A DNA stretch of 62,802 nt from an uncultured Nitrospirales bacterium (GCA_964411925.1 CAYPNI010000005.1:1-62802); one strand, 5' to 3'; shown: positions 51,724 through 62,089, counted from the stretch's first letter. Numbers and translations are program-made. The notes: a model not told the origin generated them from the sequence alone.

Positions 51724-53681
51724 GCCTCGCCTTTCCCATCGCCGCGCCGCATCTGGAACGGCATGCTTTCGACCACGCCGAGCACAATCCGCGAGAAGCG
51801 GTAGTCGTCCTCCGCGACGTCCCGCGCAATCTCCTCGAGGGCCGGGCGGTCGTACCGCTCCAGCCCGCGGCCCAACGCGTACGTGAGCAGTTTCTCCGCC
51901 AAAGTATGGACGAACGCGTCCTTGTGTTCCAGCAAAATCGACCGCAGCTCGCTCGGGCCATTGAACTGTTCGCCCGTCGGCAGCGTGCCCGAGGCGTCGA
52001 TGGGCGCGGAGCCTTCTGTTTCGCGCCAACGGCCGATCGCGTCGAAGTTCTCGAGGCCGAACCCAAGCGGATCCATCCGCGCATGGCACGACGCGCACCC
52101 GGGGTCGGCGCGATGCTGCACGAGCCGCTCGCGCACGGAGCGGGCCTCCTTCTTCGAATCCTCCGGAAACGCGGGGACGTCCGCGGGCGGTGGCGGCGGC
52201 GGTGTGCCGAGCAGGTTCTCGAGGATCCACTTGCCGCGTAACACGGGCGACGTACGAGTCGGGCGGCCGGTCAATGTGAGCAGGCTCGCCTGCGTGAGGA
52301 TGCCGCCGCGCTGCGTCCCCTCGAGCGATACGCGGCGAAACTCGTCGCCCGTCACCCCCTCGATGCCGTAGAGCTTGGCGAGTCGCTCATTGATGAACGT
52401 GTACTCCGAGTCGAGGAACTCCAACAGGCTGCGGTCCTCATTGACGATTGCGGCGAAATACAACTCGGTCTCGTCGCGCATCGCATCTTTCATTTTCGAG
52501 TCAAAGCCAGGGAAGACATCGCCGTCGCGGTAGGCCAGCGGAAGATTGCGCAATTCCAGCCATTGGCCCGCGAAGTTCTCGACGAACCGCGCGGACTTCT
52601 CGTCCGCGAGCATGCGGCGCGTCTGCGCCTGCAGGATCGCCGGATCGCTCAAGCGTCCCCCGCGCGCCAGTTCGAACAGCTCGCCGTCCGGCATCGAACT
52701 CCACAGGAAGTAGGACAAGCGCGACGCGAGTTCGTACTCGCCGACGGGGTGCGCGGCGTCCGGATTTTCCGGCGAGGCGTCGTGTTCGATGCGGAACAGG
52801 AACTGCGGCGAGACAAGCATCGCTTCGACGGCGAGGCGCATGCCCTCTTCAATCGGCCCACCATCCGCCTGGACGAGCTCGACGAACGACACCAACTCAG
52901 ATGTTTCTCGCCGCGTAACCGGCCGGCGGTATGCGCGCTCCGCGAGTGGGCGCAGGACGTTGCGCGCGCATGCTGGCGTATGCCCGCCGGTCACGTGGCC
53001 GCACGTGAAGACGCGCGCGTAGCGCTCTGCCGCCCCATCTTCACCTGCCGAGTCCAGCGGCACGGCGTCTTCTGCGATGCGTTCCGCCGCCGCGAAATAC
53101 TTCTCCATCAACAGCGGCGACATCGTCAGCACGTCGGCTATCGTGTCGAATCCATACCCGGAGTCATCCGTTGGAAATATCGAAGTCGCGTCGAACTCCA
53201 CATCCAACAGGTCGAAGACCGTGTTCGTGTATTCGACTCGATTGAGCCGGCGCGCCGTTACGCGGCCCGGGTCCGGCTTGACGCTGGCCGCGACGCGCGT
53301 CAGTTCGACTTCGATTCGGCTGACGACTTCCGCGACGAATTCCTCGTCCGGCCGAGCTTCGTCCTCAGGCGGCATTGCGCCGCGCTTGAGCATGTCGAGC
53401 ACAGATTCCCAGACGGCTTCGGATTCAAGCGTGGGGTCGGCCTTGGCGTGTTCGACGAGATCGAGTCCAGCCTTCGGCGTCTGGCCTTTGTGGCACTTCG
53501 AACAACTCTCCTCGACAAACGCGCCGAGGAGCTCGGGAAACGTCTCGACGGCAGCGTGCGGCGCCGCGGATTCGGCACGGTGACGGTTCGAGGTCACGCT
53601 TGCACAGCCGAACAGCAGTCCCGCCGCGCCCATGGCCATAACCCATCCTGGTATGCGGCGTCTGAAAAATGGCGTATTCAC
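51720..53681 (-). CDS. DUF1592/DUF1588-type (PSD domain) planctomycete cytochrome c lipoprotein
   Basis: Lipobox LFGC; CSKCH and CASCH haem motifs; RRLNRVEYTNTV.DLL, ASRLSYFLWSSMPD, FAGQWL.LR, RGGILTQASLL, TSPVLRGKWIL, LLTYALGR. Confidence 0.9.
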   Translation of the reverse strand: MNTPFFRRRIPGWVMAMGAAGLLFGCASVTSNRHRAESAAPHAAVETFPELLGAFVEESCSKCHKGQTPKAGLDLVEHAKADPTLESEAVWESVLDMLKRGAMPPEDEARPDEEFVAEVVSRIEVELTRVAASVKPDPGRVTARRLNRVEYTNTVFDLLDVEFDATSIFPTDDSGYGFDTIADVLTMSPLLMEKYFAAAERIAEDAVPLDSAGEDGAAERYARVFTCGHVTGGHTPACARNVLRPLAERAYRRPVTRRETSELVSFVELVQADGGPIEEGMRLAVEAMLVSPQFLFRIEHDASPENPDAAHPVGEYELASRLSYFLWSSMPDGELFELARGGRLSDPAILQAQTRRMLADEKSARFVENFAGQWLELRNLPLAYRDGDVFPGFDSKMKDAMRDETELYFAAIVNEDRSLLEFLDSEYTFINERLAKLYGIEGVTGDEFRRVSLEGTQRGGILTQASLLTLTGRPTRTSPVLRGKWILENLLGTPPPPPPADVPAFPEDSKKEARSVRERLVQHRADPGCASCHARMDPLGFGLENFDAIGRWRETEGSAPIDASGTLPTGEQFNGPSELRSILLEHKDAFVHTLAEKLLTYALGRGLERYDRPALEEIARDVAEDDYRFSRIVLGVVESMPFQMRRGDGKGEA

Positions 53682-53865
53682 GAAACCAGTATGCCATGCG
53701 TGGGCTGGGATTGGGAGCGTTGGCCGGCCGATGAGCCCCCGCCTCGAGGATCCGTCGCGCGGTTCGAACACCCGGCCACGCGCATTCCCGGCGCGCTGTA
53801 CAACGCGCGAATTTCCCCGTAGGATGGTTCGCTGGGCGCGAATTCGACCCGAAGGGAGGTCTCCA

Positions 53866-54705
53866 GTGCTGGGCAAACGCGAGCACGCGGCGGCGTTACT
53901 CCTCTTCGCGTTGCTGATGACGTCGGTGCCGATGGGCCTCGCGTCCGCGCAGACTCCTGGGTTTCCACAAGGCGGGCCCACGCCGCCAACGTCTTCGGCG
54001 GGTGGCGCGGATCCCGCCGCCGAGATGTTGCGCCGGCAAATGGAACTGCAGGAGAAGTTGGTGCTCGAGCGCATGCGACGGGATGCCGAGAACAAGAAAG
54101 CCGAGCCAGCCGCCGAAGAAGCCAAAGAACCGGAGAAGCCCGCTCAGACTGCGCCTGAAGAAGCGCCTAAGCCCAAGGAAGCGCCGCCGCCGGCGCCGAA
54201 GCCCGAGGGACCGACGCTCAACGAGACGCTGAAGTGGATCAAAAGCCGGTGCCGGCCCGTGGACGATGCCACGGAACCCAACTGGGCGAAGCCGCATGTG
54301 ACGGAACTCGTCGAAAAGCTTTCGTACCTCAAGTCGTACACAGGCAAGAGCTGCGTCGTGCAACAGGACCAAATCGGCGAGAACACGGTCAACGTTTACA
54401 CGTTTGAATTCGAACTGCCTCAGTTAGACGCGTCTGCCGTGAAGATCGCGCAGGTCGACGCGTCGCCGGATGCGCCGTGGACGGTCGCTATCGAAACCCG
54501 GTCAGCCGAGGCCACGATCAAACAATCAGCGCGTTTCAGCTTCGCCGACGCGAGCGAGGACGAACAGCCGGCTGCAACGGTATCCATGGTCGCGTCCGTT
54601 GTGGTGGCGCAAGTTCAGGACAAGGATTCCGCGGATCGGCTGGCCGATGCCTGGCGGCACGCGATTACGCTCGCGGGGGGCGCGGCGAACCGGGAACTGT
54701 TCTGA
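53866..54705 (+). CDS. Secreted hypothetical protein with coiled coil and Pro/Glu/Lys-rich linker
   Basis: GGGAGG RBS before GTG 53866; signal peptide ending ASA-Q; PEK-rich linker followed by a TLNETLKWI globular domain. Confidence 0.6.
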   Translation: MLGKREHAAALLLFALLMTSVPMGLASAQTPGFPQGGPTPPTSSAGGADPAAEMLRRQMELQEKLVLERMRRDAENKKAEPAAEEAKEPEKPAQTAPEEAPKPKEAPPPAPKPEGPTLNETLKWIKSRCRPVDDATEPNWAKPHVTELVEKLSYLKSYTGKSCVVQQDQIGENTVNVYTFEFELPQLDASAVKIAQVDASPDAPWTVAIETRSAEATIKQSARFSFADASEDEQPAATVSMVASVVVAQVQDKDSADRLADAWRHAITLAGGAANRELF

Positions 54706-54714
54706 TCGCGCGAC

Positions 54715-57249
54715 TTAGCGGTTGCCCGCCGGCCCGGTCAAACCATCGAGGGTCGGTGCGTCGAACCCGAAGCCCGAGGCGGCGGATCGAAACGCGGGCT
54801 CGGTACGGATCGCGTCCCACCACGGCGCGCTCAGGCACAGCATGCTCCACGACCATCCCGCCGATACCGATTCGTTCAGCCACTTCACCGCGTTGGGCGT
54901 GTCGCCAAGCGCTGCGTAGAGCGCGGACAGTTCGGCTTCGAAACCGAACTCGGCGGGTGCGCGTTTCAATACCTCATTGAGGATCTTCTTAGCCGTGTCC
55001 GTGTCGCCCGACGCGGCGAGACACTGACTCAAGACGCACAGTGCCGCCAGGCGCCGCCCGCTCGCGTCGACCCACTGAGTCGCGACCGCGACGGCTTCAT
55101 CGCCCTGGCCAAGCTGCCGGTAACACTGCGCGCGCAAGAGAACCACGAAATCGTTTGGCGAATCTCCATCCGAGATTTGTTCCAATAGCGTGAGCGCCTG
55201 CCCGTACTCCCCAAGCGCCATGTGACCGTACGCGAGCTGCATCCGTGCCGAATCGGAAAGCGGATCGATATCGAGCGCCTTGCGCGCGTACCCGATGCCG
55301 TCGCCGACCCGGCCCGAGTTGATGAGCGCATTCGCGTAGTCTTCGTACGCCGGTGCGTAGCCGGGATCGAGTTCCATTGCCCGCTGAAGAGGTTCGAGCA
55401 CTCTTGCGGGGTCCGCCCCGGCCATCGACGCGGTGCCCAGGGCCGCGTGCGCGGGCGCCGATGTTCCGTCAATCTCAACCGCGCGAGTCGCCTGTTCGAT
55501 CGCCCTTCGATAGGCCGCGCGTGAAGGCATGATCCGGCGGACTGCGGACGAAATGTACGCCTCCGCGAGAGCGGCCACCGGCGGAGCAAACGCGGGATCG
55601 AGCTGTGCCGCGCGGGCGAAGTATTCAATGGCCCGTTGGATGTCCTCTGGAGCGCCTTGGCGCCAAAGACTGCGGCCGCGCAGGTAGGCATCGAACGCTT
55701 CCGGCTCGATATCCGCGTCGGACCGAATCGCGCCGCTTTCCTCCTCCGTAACCGCCGCGCGAATCTCATTGGCGATGTCCAAAGCGATTTCGGCCGTTCC
55801 GGCGGGCAGTTCTTCTCGTTCGACTTCGTATGTTTTTTCCCAAACGCGATCGCCGTTCGATCCGCCGATGAGTGCGATTCGCACGTTGATGCGGCGCTCA
55901 CTGGCGGTTATCGCGCCCTCGACTAGCGCCTCTACGTCCAACTCCCGGGCAATTTCGCCCGCGCGGCCATTCGAATCCTCATACTTCGCAGCCGAACGCC
56001 GAGACACGATGCTCAATGATCGAACACGCGAGAGTCGATCGACAATAGAGTCCGCCAACCCTTCCCCGAGATACTCGTCGACGGGTTCACCCAGGCTCGC
56101 GAACGGCAGGACCGCAAGCCGCGCAAAACGTTGCGGCGCGACGGCGGCGGGCTCAGGCGCGGTCACGGGCGCGGCCTCGGTCACGGCAATCTGATCGCGG
56201 AGTGGTGGCGACTGTTCCGGCGCCGGAGACACCGGCGCGGCGCCCAGAAAACGGTAGCCGGCGTACGCCCCGGCCGCGACGAACGCGATGGCGCCGATGA
56301 CGGCGAACGGGAGCAGGAACGACTTCGACGCCGTACGCTGGGGTGTATCGGCGACCGTTGCGCGCGGCAACGAGCGGATCGCCTCTAACCGTTCCAGTAC
56401 CTCGCGCATGCTGCCCGGCCGTTGCGCGGCATTTTTCTGCAGGCATGCCTTCAGCAGGTCCACGAGCGGTCGCGGTGTTGAGTTCGGCAGCAGCGCCCAG
56501 TCCGGCTCTGCCTGGAGAATCGCCGCGAGCGAATCCACCAGCGTCGTCCGCGCGAACGGCAACACGCCCGTGAGTGCCTCGTACAAGCTGCATCCGAAGG
56601 CCCAGATGTCGCTTCGCTCGTCCAGCAGCCCGCCTCGCGCCTGCTCCGGGCTGAAGTACGCGGGCGTGCCCACGATGACGCCCGCCGTCGACTGAACAAG
56701 CATTTGGCTCGTCGGCGCGTTCGGGTCAACGGCGGCCGCGGGTCCCGCGGCTGGCTGCATCGTCGTCGCGATGCCGAAGTCGAGGAGCTTCGCCAGAGAG
56801 CTCTCGGACACGACGATGTTGCTCGGCTTGATGTCGCGATGGATGACCCCCGCCTCATGCGCCGCGATCAATCCCCGCGCGACGTCGCAGAAGAGTTTCA
56901 GCGCGGTGTCGAGCTCGAGCGGCCCTTGCTTAATCAGGCCGGCGAGGTCTCTGCCGCGGAGCAGTTCCATCACCAGCAGGTATGCCCCGTCGACGCGTTC
57001 GAGGCTGTGGATCGTCGCGATGTTGGCGTGGTTCACCGAGGCCAGCAGGCGCGCCTCGCGCTCGAACCGCGCAATCTGTTTCGGGTCGGACGAGATCGAT
57101 TCGGAGATGAACTTGATCGCCACTTCCCGGCCGAGCTTGAGGTCCCGTGCGCGATACACCTCGCCCATGCCGCCGGCGCCGATGAAGCCGGTGATTTCGA
57201 ATCCACCGACCTTCGTACCGATCTGGATCGTGCTCGCAGGTTGACTCAA
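54715..57249 (-). CDS. Ser/Thr protein kinase with TM helix, TolB-like/FlgO-like alpha-beta domain and TPR repeats
   Basis: GAGGMGEVY, VAIK, HRDIKPSN, DFG, YFSPE, SDIWAFG; TM; RLAVLPF...YLGEGLAD; AFDAYLRG...TPRs. Probable TTG start at 57249 (GTG 57291 alternative). Confidence 0.92.
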   Translation of the reverse strand: MSQPASTIQIGTKVGGFEITGFIGAGGMGEVYRARDLKLGREVAIKFISESISSDPKQIARFEREARLLASVNHANIATIHSLERVDGAYLLVMELLRGRDLAGLIKQGPLELDTALKLFCDVARGLIAAHEAGVIHRDIKPSNIVVSESSLAKLLDFGIATTMQPAAGPAAAVDPNAPTSQMLVQSTAGVIVGTPAYFSPEQARGGLLDERSDIWAFGCSLYEALTGVLPFARTTLVDSLAAILQAEPDWALLPNSTPRPLVDLLKACLQKNAAQRPGSMREVLERLEAIRSLPRATVADTPQRTASKSFLLPFAVIGAIAFVAAGAYAGYRFLGAAPVSPAPEQSPPLRDQIAVTEAAPVTAPEPAAVAPQRFARLAVLPFASLGEPVDEYLGEGLADSIVDRLSRVRSLSIVSRRSAAKYEDSNGRAGEIARELDVEALVEGAITASERRINVRIALIGGSNGDRVWEKTYEVEREELPAGTAEIALDIANEIRAAVTEEESGAIRSDADIEPEAFDAYLRGRSLWRQGAPEDIQRAIEYFARAAQLDPAFAPPVAALAEAYISSAVRRIMPSRAAYRRAIEQATRAVEIDGTSAPAHAALGTASMAGADPARVLEPLQRAMELDPGYAPAYEDYANALINSGRVGDGIGYARKALDIDPLSDSARMQLAYGHMALGEYGQALTLLEQISDGDSPNDFVVLLRAQCYRQLGQGDEAVAVATQWVDASGRRLAALCVLSQCLAASGDTDTAKKILNEVLKRAPAEFGFEAELSALYAALGDTPNAVKWLNESVSAGWSWSMLCLSAPWWDAIRTEPAFRSAASGFGFDAPTLDGLTGPAGNR

Positions 57250-57460
57250 GATCGTTTCCCGGCTCGCGATACGCTGTCCGAACGTGCGCAATCCGCACCC
57301 GGGCAGAGTCTAGCAAACGATGGGGGAGGGGAACGCCCCTGACCCGGGCGGGCGTGGCGGCGCAGTCCTCGGGCCCCCGGGGTCGTCCCGGACCGCTGAA
57401 GTACGAGGTCCGGCGTCAAGCCCCGCACACAAAAACGCAGGCGGCGCCGCAGCCGGAGTC

Positions 57461-58261
57461 CTAAGACTCCAATGTAATCTTCGAGAAATCCGGCGCGCGT
57501 TTCTCCATGAATGCGGACACCGCCTCGCGCACGGCCGGGCCCTTCTGCAATCCGCCGATGATCTCGTTTTCGCGGCGACGCGCGCGTTGTACGCCGTCGA
57601 GGCGTGCGTCGAGCAGCAGTTTTTTCGTGCCCACGAGCGACGTAATTGGCATCGCGGCGATTTGTTCGGCGATCCTGCGTGTCTCCTCCGCGAGCGAGCC
57701 GTCGGGCACGCTGCGCCACGCTATGCCCGTGCGTACGGCGTCGAACGAACTCATCCAGGTCCCCGTGTAGAGCAGGTGTGACGTTTCCTGCCAGCCGATG
57801 GCCTGCGGGAACAGGTAGCTGCTGCCCGCCTCCGCGGAGATCCCCAGGCTGACGAACGGCGCGCGCAGTTTCGCGCCCTCGGCGATCAGGACGAGGTCGC
57901 AATGCAGCAGCATCGTGATTCCGATCCCGATGCCGATCCCGTTGACCGACGCGATGAGTGGCTTGGGGAACTGCTGGAGCACGTCCATGAACGGCTGGAA
58001 CCCGTGCACGGTGCCGTCTTCGTACACCGGGGGGTTGCCGAGTTCGGCCAGGTCCTGCCCCGCCGAGAACGCGCGCCCGGCCCCCGTGATCACGACCACG
58101 GCAATCGTCGGCGACGCCGCCGCGTCCCGCAACGCGGCGGCCACCGCGTCGTACTGCGCGTCGTTGAACGCGTTTAGCTGGTCAGGACGGTTCAGCGTCA
58201 GCATGCGCACGCGCCCGGCGTCCTCGATTTTCAAAATGTCCGTTCCGTTCGATTTGCTCAC
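57461..58261 (-). CDS. Enoyl-CoA hydratase/isomerase (crotonase) family protein
   Basis: LTLNRP...NAF, AFSAGQDL, PKPLIASVNG.GIG.G, PF..LG...EAGSS, EAVSAFMEKRAP.F; GAGGG RBS; GTG overlaps the upstream TGA. Confidence 0.93.
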   Translation of the reverse strand: MSKSNGTDILKIEDAGRVRMLTLNRPDQLNAFNDAQYDAVAAALRDAAASPTIAVVVITGAGRAFSAGQDLAELGNPPVYEDGTVHGFQPFMDVLQQFPKPLIASVNGIGIGIGITMLLHCDLVLIAEGAKLRAPFVSLGISAEAGSSYLFPQAIGWQETSHLLYTGTWMSSFDAVRTGIAWRSVPDGSLAEETRRIAEQIAAMPITSLVGTKKLLLDARLDGVQRARRRENEIIGGLQKGPAVREAVSAFMEKRAPDFSKITLES

Positions 58262-59127
58262 GCGATTGCCCTCACTCGTTCGGGATGCCCCGACCACGTC
58301 CACGCCATCGTCGGCCGCGACAGCCCCAGCATAACGCCGCCGAGCGCCGGCGGATGCAGCCACATCTGGTCAGCGGATTGGTCCGCACCACGGCCGGCCG
58401 GCCGATCGACGGTAATCCCCGTGCCGCGCTCGTTCGCCCGCGCTTCGATGCCCAGCATGTCGGCGGTCTCGGCGAAGCACATATAAAACGAATCGCGCTG
58501 TCGCGCGAAGTACCGTCCCATCGTCGTCTGGTCCGTCGTCGGGCAGATCACCTCGAAGCGGTGCAGGCCCTCCGGTGAGAACAGCGTGAGCACGCCGTCG
58601 TACGCGAACTTGTCCGAGGCGATCGGCACGAAGTTACCCTCGTTCAGGCCGAACAATTGCGCGAATTTCGACGCGATACCTTGTGGATTTTCCGCGAGCA
58701 AGGTGACCTCATAGAGAAAGTCGATGCGCCCGACCGCCGGCCGATCCGCGTGCGCGCTCAGCACCAGCGGCGTCTCGGCGCCCAGCGCCGGCTTCGCGTT
58801 CAGAAACGCATGCCCGCCTTCGACGGTGACTTCGATGCCTGCCTTGCGCAGCGCCGCGACTTCGCGGTCGAAGTCGTCGGTCGAGATCCCGCCCGCGAAG
58901 AGATGGGCCCGGCCGCGCTTCTTCAACGCCGCGTCGATGGGCCCCGCGCCGTCGGGTTCGAGAAACTCGACGAGGCCGCGTCCGAGACGATACGCCGTCC
59001 GCTTCGCCGCGAGTGCGCGCACGGTCCCGCGCGAGTCGAATTCCGCGCCGAGTATCCCGGCCCATCCGCGCGCGGCTTCTTCCGCATCCGGCGTCGCGAT
59101 CTGAATCCGGTCGATGGTCTTCAACAC
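58258..59127 (-). CDS. VOC/glyoxalase-like two-domain protein
   Basis: IDRIQIATPD, VEFLEP.G.GP, IDFLYEVT, FEVICP, WLHP..LGGVMLGLS; GGAGG RBS. Confidence 0.7.
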   Translation of the reverse strand: MLKTIDRIQIATPDAEEAARGWAGILGAEFDSRGTVRALAAKRTAYRLGRGLVEFLEPDGAGPIDAALKKRGRAHLFAGGISTDDFDREVAALRKAGIEVTVEGGHAFLNAKPALGAETPLVLSAHADRPAVGRIDFLYEVTLLAENPQGIASKFAQLFGLNEGNFVPIASDKFAYDGVLTLFSPEGLHRFEVICPTTDQTTMGRYFARQRDSFYMCFAETADMLGIEARANERGTGITVDRPAGRGADQSADQMWLHPPALGGVMLGLSRPTMAWTWSGHPERVRAIA

Positions 59128-59149
59128 GGGCGGCGCGCCTCCGCGTGGG

Positions 59150-60190
59150 TTAATCGATCGTCCATGCCCAGTGCGTGTCCCCGGCGTCCATTCGAGCCGC
59201 GACCCGCAGCCGCAAACGGCGATTGTGCGCCGCGACCATACCCTCGAACAACCCGTTCCAGATATCGAAGGCCGCGGGGTGCAGGCCGTCGCGGTTGGGC
59301 ATGAGATTCCACGTACTCTGGCGCACCACGAGGGCGCCGCCGTCATCGAAGACGCCCGTGTCGTCGCCTTGGGCCCGGCCCAGCCCCTCCATCAGCCGCG
59401 CGAACGAACCGGCCGAGTCGTCCGCCGCCGCCAGCAACGCCGCCGACTCGCGGTAGTACTGCAATCCAATGAGGCGCGCCGTAGTCCGCCCGAGATTGGC
59501 CGCCTCCTCCGGGCCGAACAGCGCGATCGCCTCCGGGATGACGTTGCGCACGTACTCCATCGCGTAATTGCGCAGCGCTTTCCGCACGCGTTCCTCGGGC
59601 CATGATCGCGTGTCCAGCTTCGGGGCCTGCGCCGGGTCGAATGGGGGAGATTCCTCGCCGGGCGCGAACCGCAGACGCTCGTCTGCCGTTAGCTCCCGGT
59701 CGTACTCCATGAAGTAGCCCTCGAGCCCCGGCTGGCCGTCAACCGTCTGCTTTGTGCACACGAACCCGAGCCGCGGATTGCCGAGCGAGACGCCGTTGTG
59801 CGCGTGCCACCCGTACATCATCTGCCGCGACACCCTGGACGGGATGCCGCAGATCGCCGTGCCGTCCCAGATCCACCGCGGCGGCGGGTAGCGCACCCAC
59901 GCCTTGGTGTCCGACTCGTACATGTACTCGACGTTCACGTCGCCGATCTGGTTCGAGAGGTAGTGATACTGCGCGCACTTCACCGCGTCCGGCAGGTGGC
60001 CCAGCCCGAGTTTTTCGATTCCGGGCAGAAGCGTCTTCTGTTGCTGGCGGCGGAACAGCCGGAAGACGAGCGCAGCCGCGTCGTCCGCGCCGCGAGTAAC
60101 CACCGTGCGCAGGATCAGGCCGGTCAGAAACCGGTGATACAAGTTCTCGACGGCTTTGTATCCGCGCACGATGGACGAGGAGTCAGTCAT
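59150..60190 (-). CDS. Conserved hypothetical protein (possible duplicated V4R/ATC-hydrolase-like fold)
   Basis: Ordered protein-like ORF heading the operon: QYHYLSN.IG, KAWVRYPPPRW, GTAICGIP, GWHAHNGVSLGNPRLGFVCT, DGQPGLEGY. Confidence 0.7.
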   Translation of the reverse strand: MTDSSSIVRGYKAVENLYHRFLTGLILRTVVTRGADDAAALVFRLFRRQQQKTLLPGIEKLGLGHLPDAVKCAQYHYLSNQIGDVNVEYMYESDTKAWVRYPPPRWIWDGTAICGIPSRVSRQMMYGWHAHNGVSLGNPRLGFVCTKQTVDGQPGLEGYFMEYDRELTADERLRFAPGEESPPFDPAQAPKLDTRSWPEERVRKALRNYAMEYVRNVIPEAIALFGPEEAANLGRTTARLIGLQYYRESAALLAAADDSAGSFARLMEGLGRAQGDDTGVFDDGGALVVRQSTWNLMPNRDGLHPAAFDIWNGLFEGMVAAHNRRLRLRVAARMDAGDTHWAWTID

Positions 60191-60261
60191 ATTGGATTCG
60201 AGTACACTGGGCGACATTCGAAGGCGACGGGCGATCTAATCAGACCCGGGGCGGGATTTCA

Positions 60262-61992
60262 ATGAACGTGGCGCGCGCGATCATGGGTATCGTTCTCGGA
60301 CTGGCATCGGCTTCCGTCTTCGCCGCGCAGCCGAACGTCATCCTGATCATGACCGACGACCAGGGCTACGGCGATTTCGGCGTGACGGGAAATCCGGTCA
60401 TCGCGACGCCGCATCTCGACGCGATGGCGGCGCGCAGCGTGTGGATGCGCACGTTCTACGTCAGCCCGGTGTGTTCGCCGACGCGCGCGAGCCTGTTGAC
60501 CGGCCGCTACAACTACCGCACGCGCTGCATCGATACGTTTATCGGCCGCTCGATGATGGAGCCGTCCGAGGTCACGCTGGCCGAGGTGCTGCGCGATGCG
60601 GGTTATGCGACGGGCATCTTCGGCAAATGGCACCTTGGCGACTCCTACCCGATGCGCGCCATGGACCAGGGTTTCGAGGAGTCGCTCGTGCATCGCGGCG
60701 GCGGCCTTGCGCAGCCGGCCGACCCGCCCGAGAACTTCGCGCGCTACGTGAACCCGGTCCTCATGCACAACGGCGAGCCGGTGAGGACGGAAGGGTTCTG
60801 CACGGACGTCTACTTCGGCGCGGCGATGGACTGGATCGCGCAAAAACGCACCGCCAACCGGCCGTTCTTCGCGTACATCGCGACGAATGCGCCGCACACG
60901 CCGCTGCACGATGTACCGATTTCGATGCGCGCGCGGTACGAGCAGGCAGACTTCAGCGCGATTCTCCCCAGCGGGCATACGCCGACACAGCGCGAACAAC
61001 TTGTGCGCATCGCCGCGATGATTACGAACATTGACGACAACGTGGGACGGTTGTTCGCGCGTCTCGATGCGCTGGGCATCACGGACGACACGCTCGTCAT
61101 CTTTCTGAACGATAACGGCCCGCAACAGCGGCGGTTCAACGGCCCGTTTCGCGGGCTCAAGTCGGAGGTGTACGAGGGTGGCGTACGGTCGCCTTTCTGG
61201 ATGCACTGGCCAGGCACGCTCGAAGAGGGATACCGACGCGACGAACCGGTCGCGCACATCGACGTGTTGCCGACAATCCTCGAGGCCTGCGGCGTCGATG
61301 CGCCGGCGGGCGTGCAGCTCGACGGCCGTAGTTTCTGGGGGATTGTTACCGGAAAATCGAACGATTGGCCCGAGCGGCCAATCGTCCTCCAAACGCATCG
61401 CGGCGACGTGCCCGTGCGAAACCATCAGTTCATGATTCGCCAGGGACCGTGGAAATTGCTCCACGCATCCGGATTCGGTCGCGAAAGTTTCAGTTCGGCG
61501 CCGGGACTCGAGTTGTACGACCTCGCGTCGGATCCCGGCGAGACCACTAACGTGATCGGCTCGCATCCCGCGATAGCGGCGCAACTGCACGCCGAGTATC
61601 TCGCATGGTTCGACGACGTGTCATCGACCCGGCCGGACAACTACGCGCCGCCGCGCATCTGCATCGGGACGCCGCACGAGAACCCGACCGTGCTCACACA
61701 ACAGGACTGGCGCGGCGCGCCGTGGAACACCTGGGGCGCGGCCGGTGCGTGGATGGTTACGATCGAGCCGGGGAGTTACAACCTAAATGTGCGACTCAAA
61801 CCGATTTCCGAGCCGGGCGTCGTGGAGGTACGCATCGGGGACACATTCGTGTCGGCGGTCATTGGGCCGAATGCGAATCGCTGCGTGTTCGAGCACGTCG
61901 AGCTACACGGCGGCGACGTCGAAGTGCGCGGCGTGGTCCGGTATGGCGACCGTGAACGTGGCGTGCATCAGATCGAGATCGAGAAACGGTGA
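60262..61992 (+). CDS. Secreted arylsulfatase (formylglycine-dependent sulfatase family)
   Basis: Signal peptide; PNVILIMTDDQGYGD, CSPTRASLLTGR (CxPxR), GKWHLG, PHTP, FLNDNG, YEGGVRSP. Confidence 0.95.
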   Translation: MNVARAIMGIVLGLASASVFAAQPNVILIMTDDQGYGDFGVTGNPVIATPHLDAMAARSVWMRTFYVSPVCSPTRASLLTGRYNYRTRCIDTFIGRSMMEPSEVTLAEVLRDAGYATGIFGKWHLGDSYPMRAMDQGFEESLVHRGGGLAQPADPPENFARYVNPVLMHNGEPVRTEGFCTDVYFGAAMDWIAQKRTANRPFFAYIATNAPHTPLHDVPISMRARYEQADFSAILPSGHTPTQREQLVRIAAMITNIDDNVGRLFARLDALGITDDTLVIFLNDNGPQQRRFNGPFRGLKSEVYEGGVRSPFWMHWPGTLEEGYRRDEPVAHIDVLPTILEACGVDAPAGVQLDGRSFWGIVTGKSNDWPERPIVLQTHRGDVPVRNHQFMIRQGPWKLLHASGFGRESFSSAPGLELYDLASDPGETTNVIGSHPAIAAQLHAEYLAWFDDVSSTRPDNYAPPRICIGTPHENPTVLTQQDWRGAPWNTWGAAGAWMVTIEPGSYNLNVRLKPISEPGVVEVRIGDTFVSAVIGPNANRCVFEHVELHGGDVEVRGVVRYGDRERGVHQIEIEKR

Positions 61993-62089
61993 CAGAATGA
62001 CTTGATTCTGATCCACGGGTTTAGAGGGTGCTGAAAAACACTGTCAGCCCGCAGTTGGGTAATTCGAGCTGCGATCTTACCGCGCCCGC

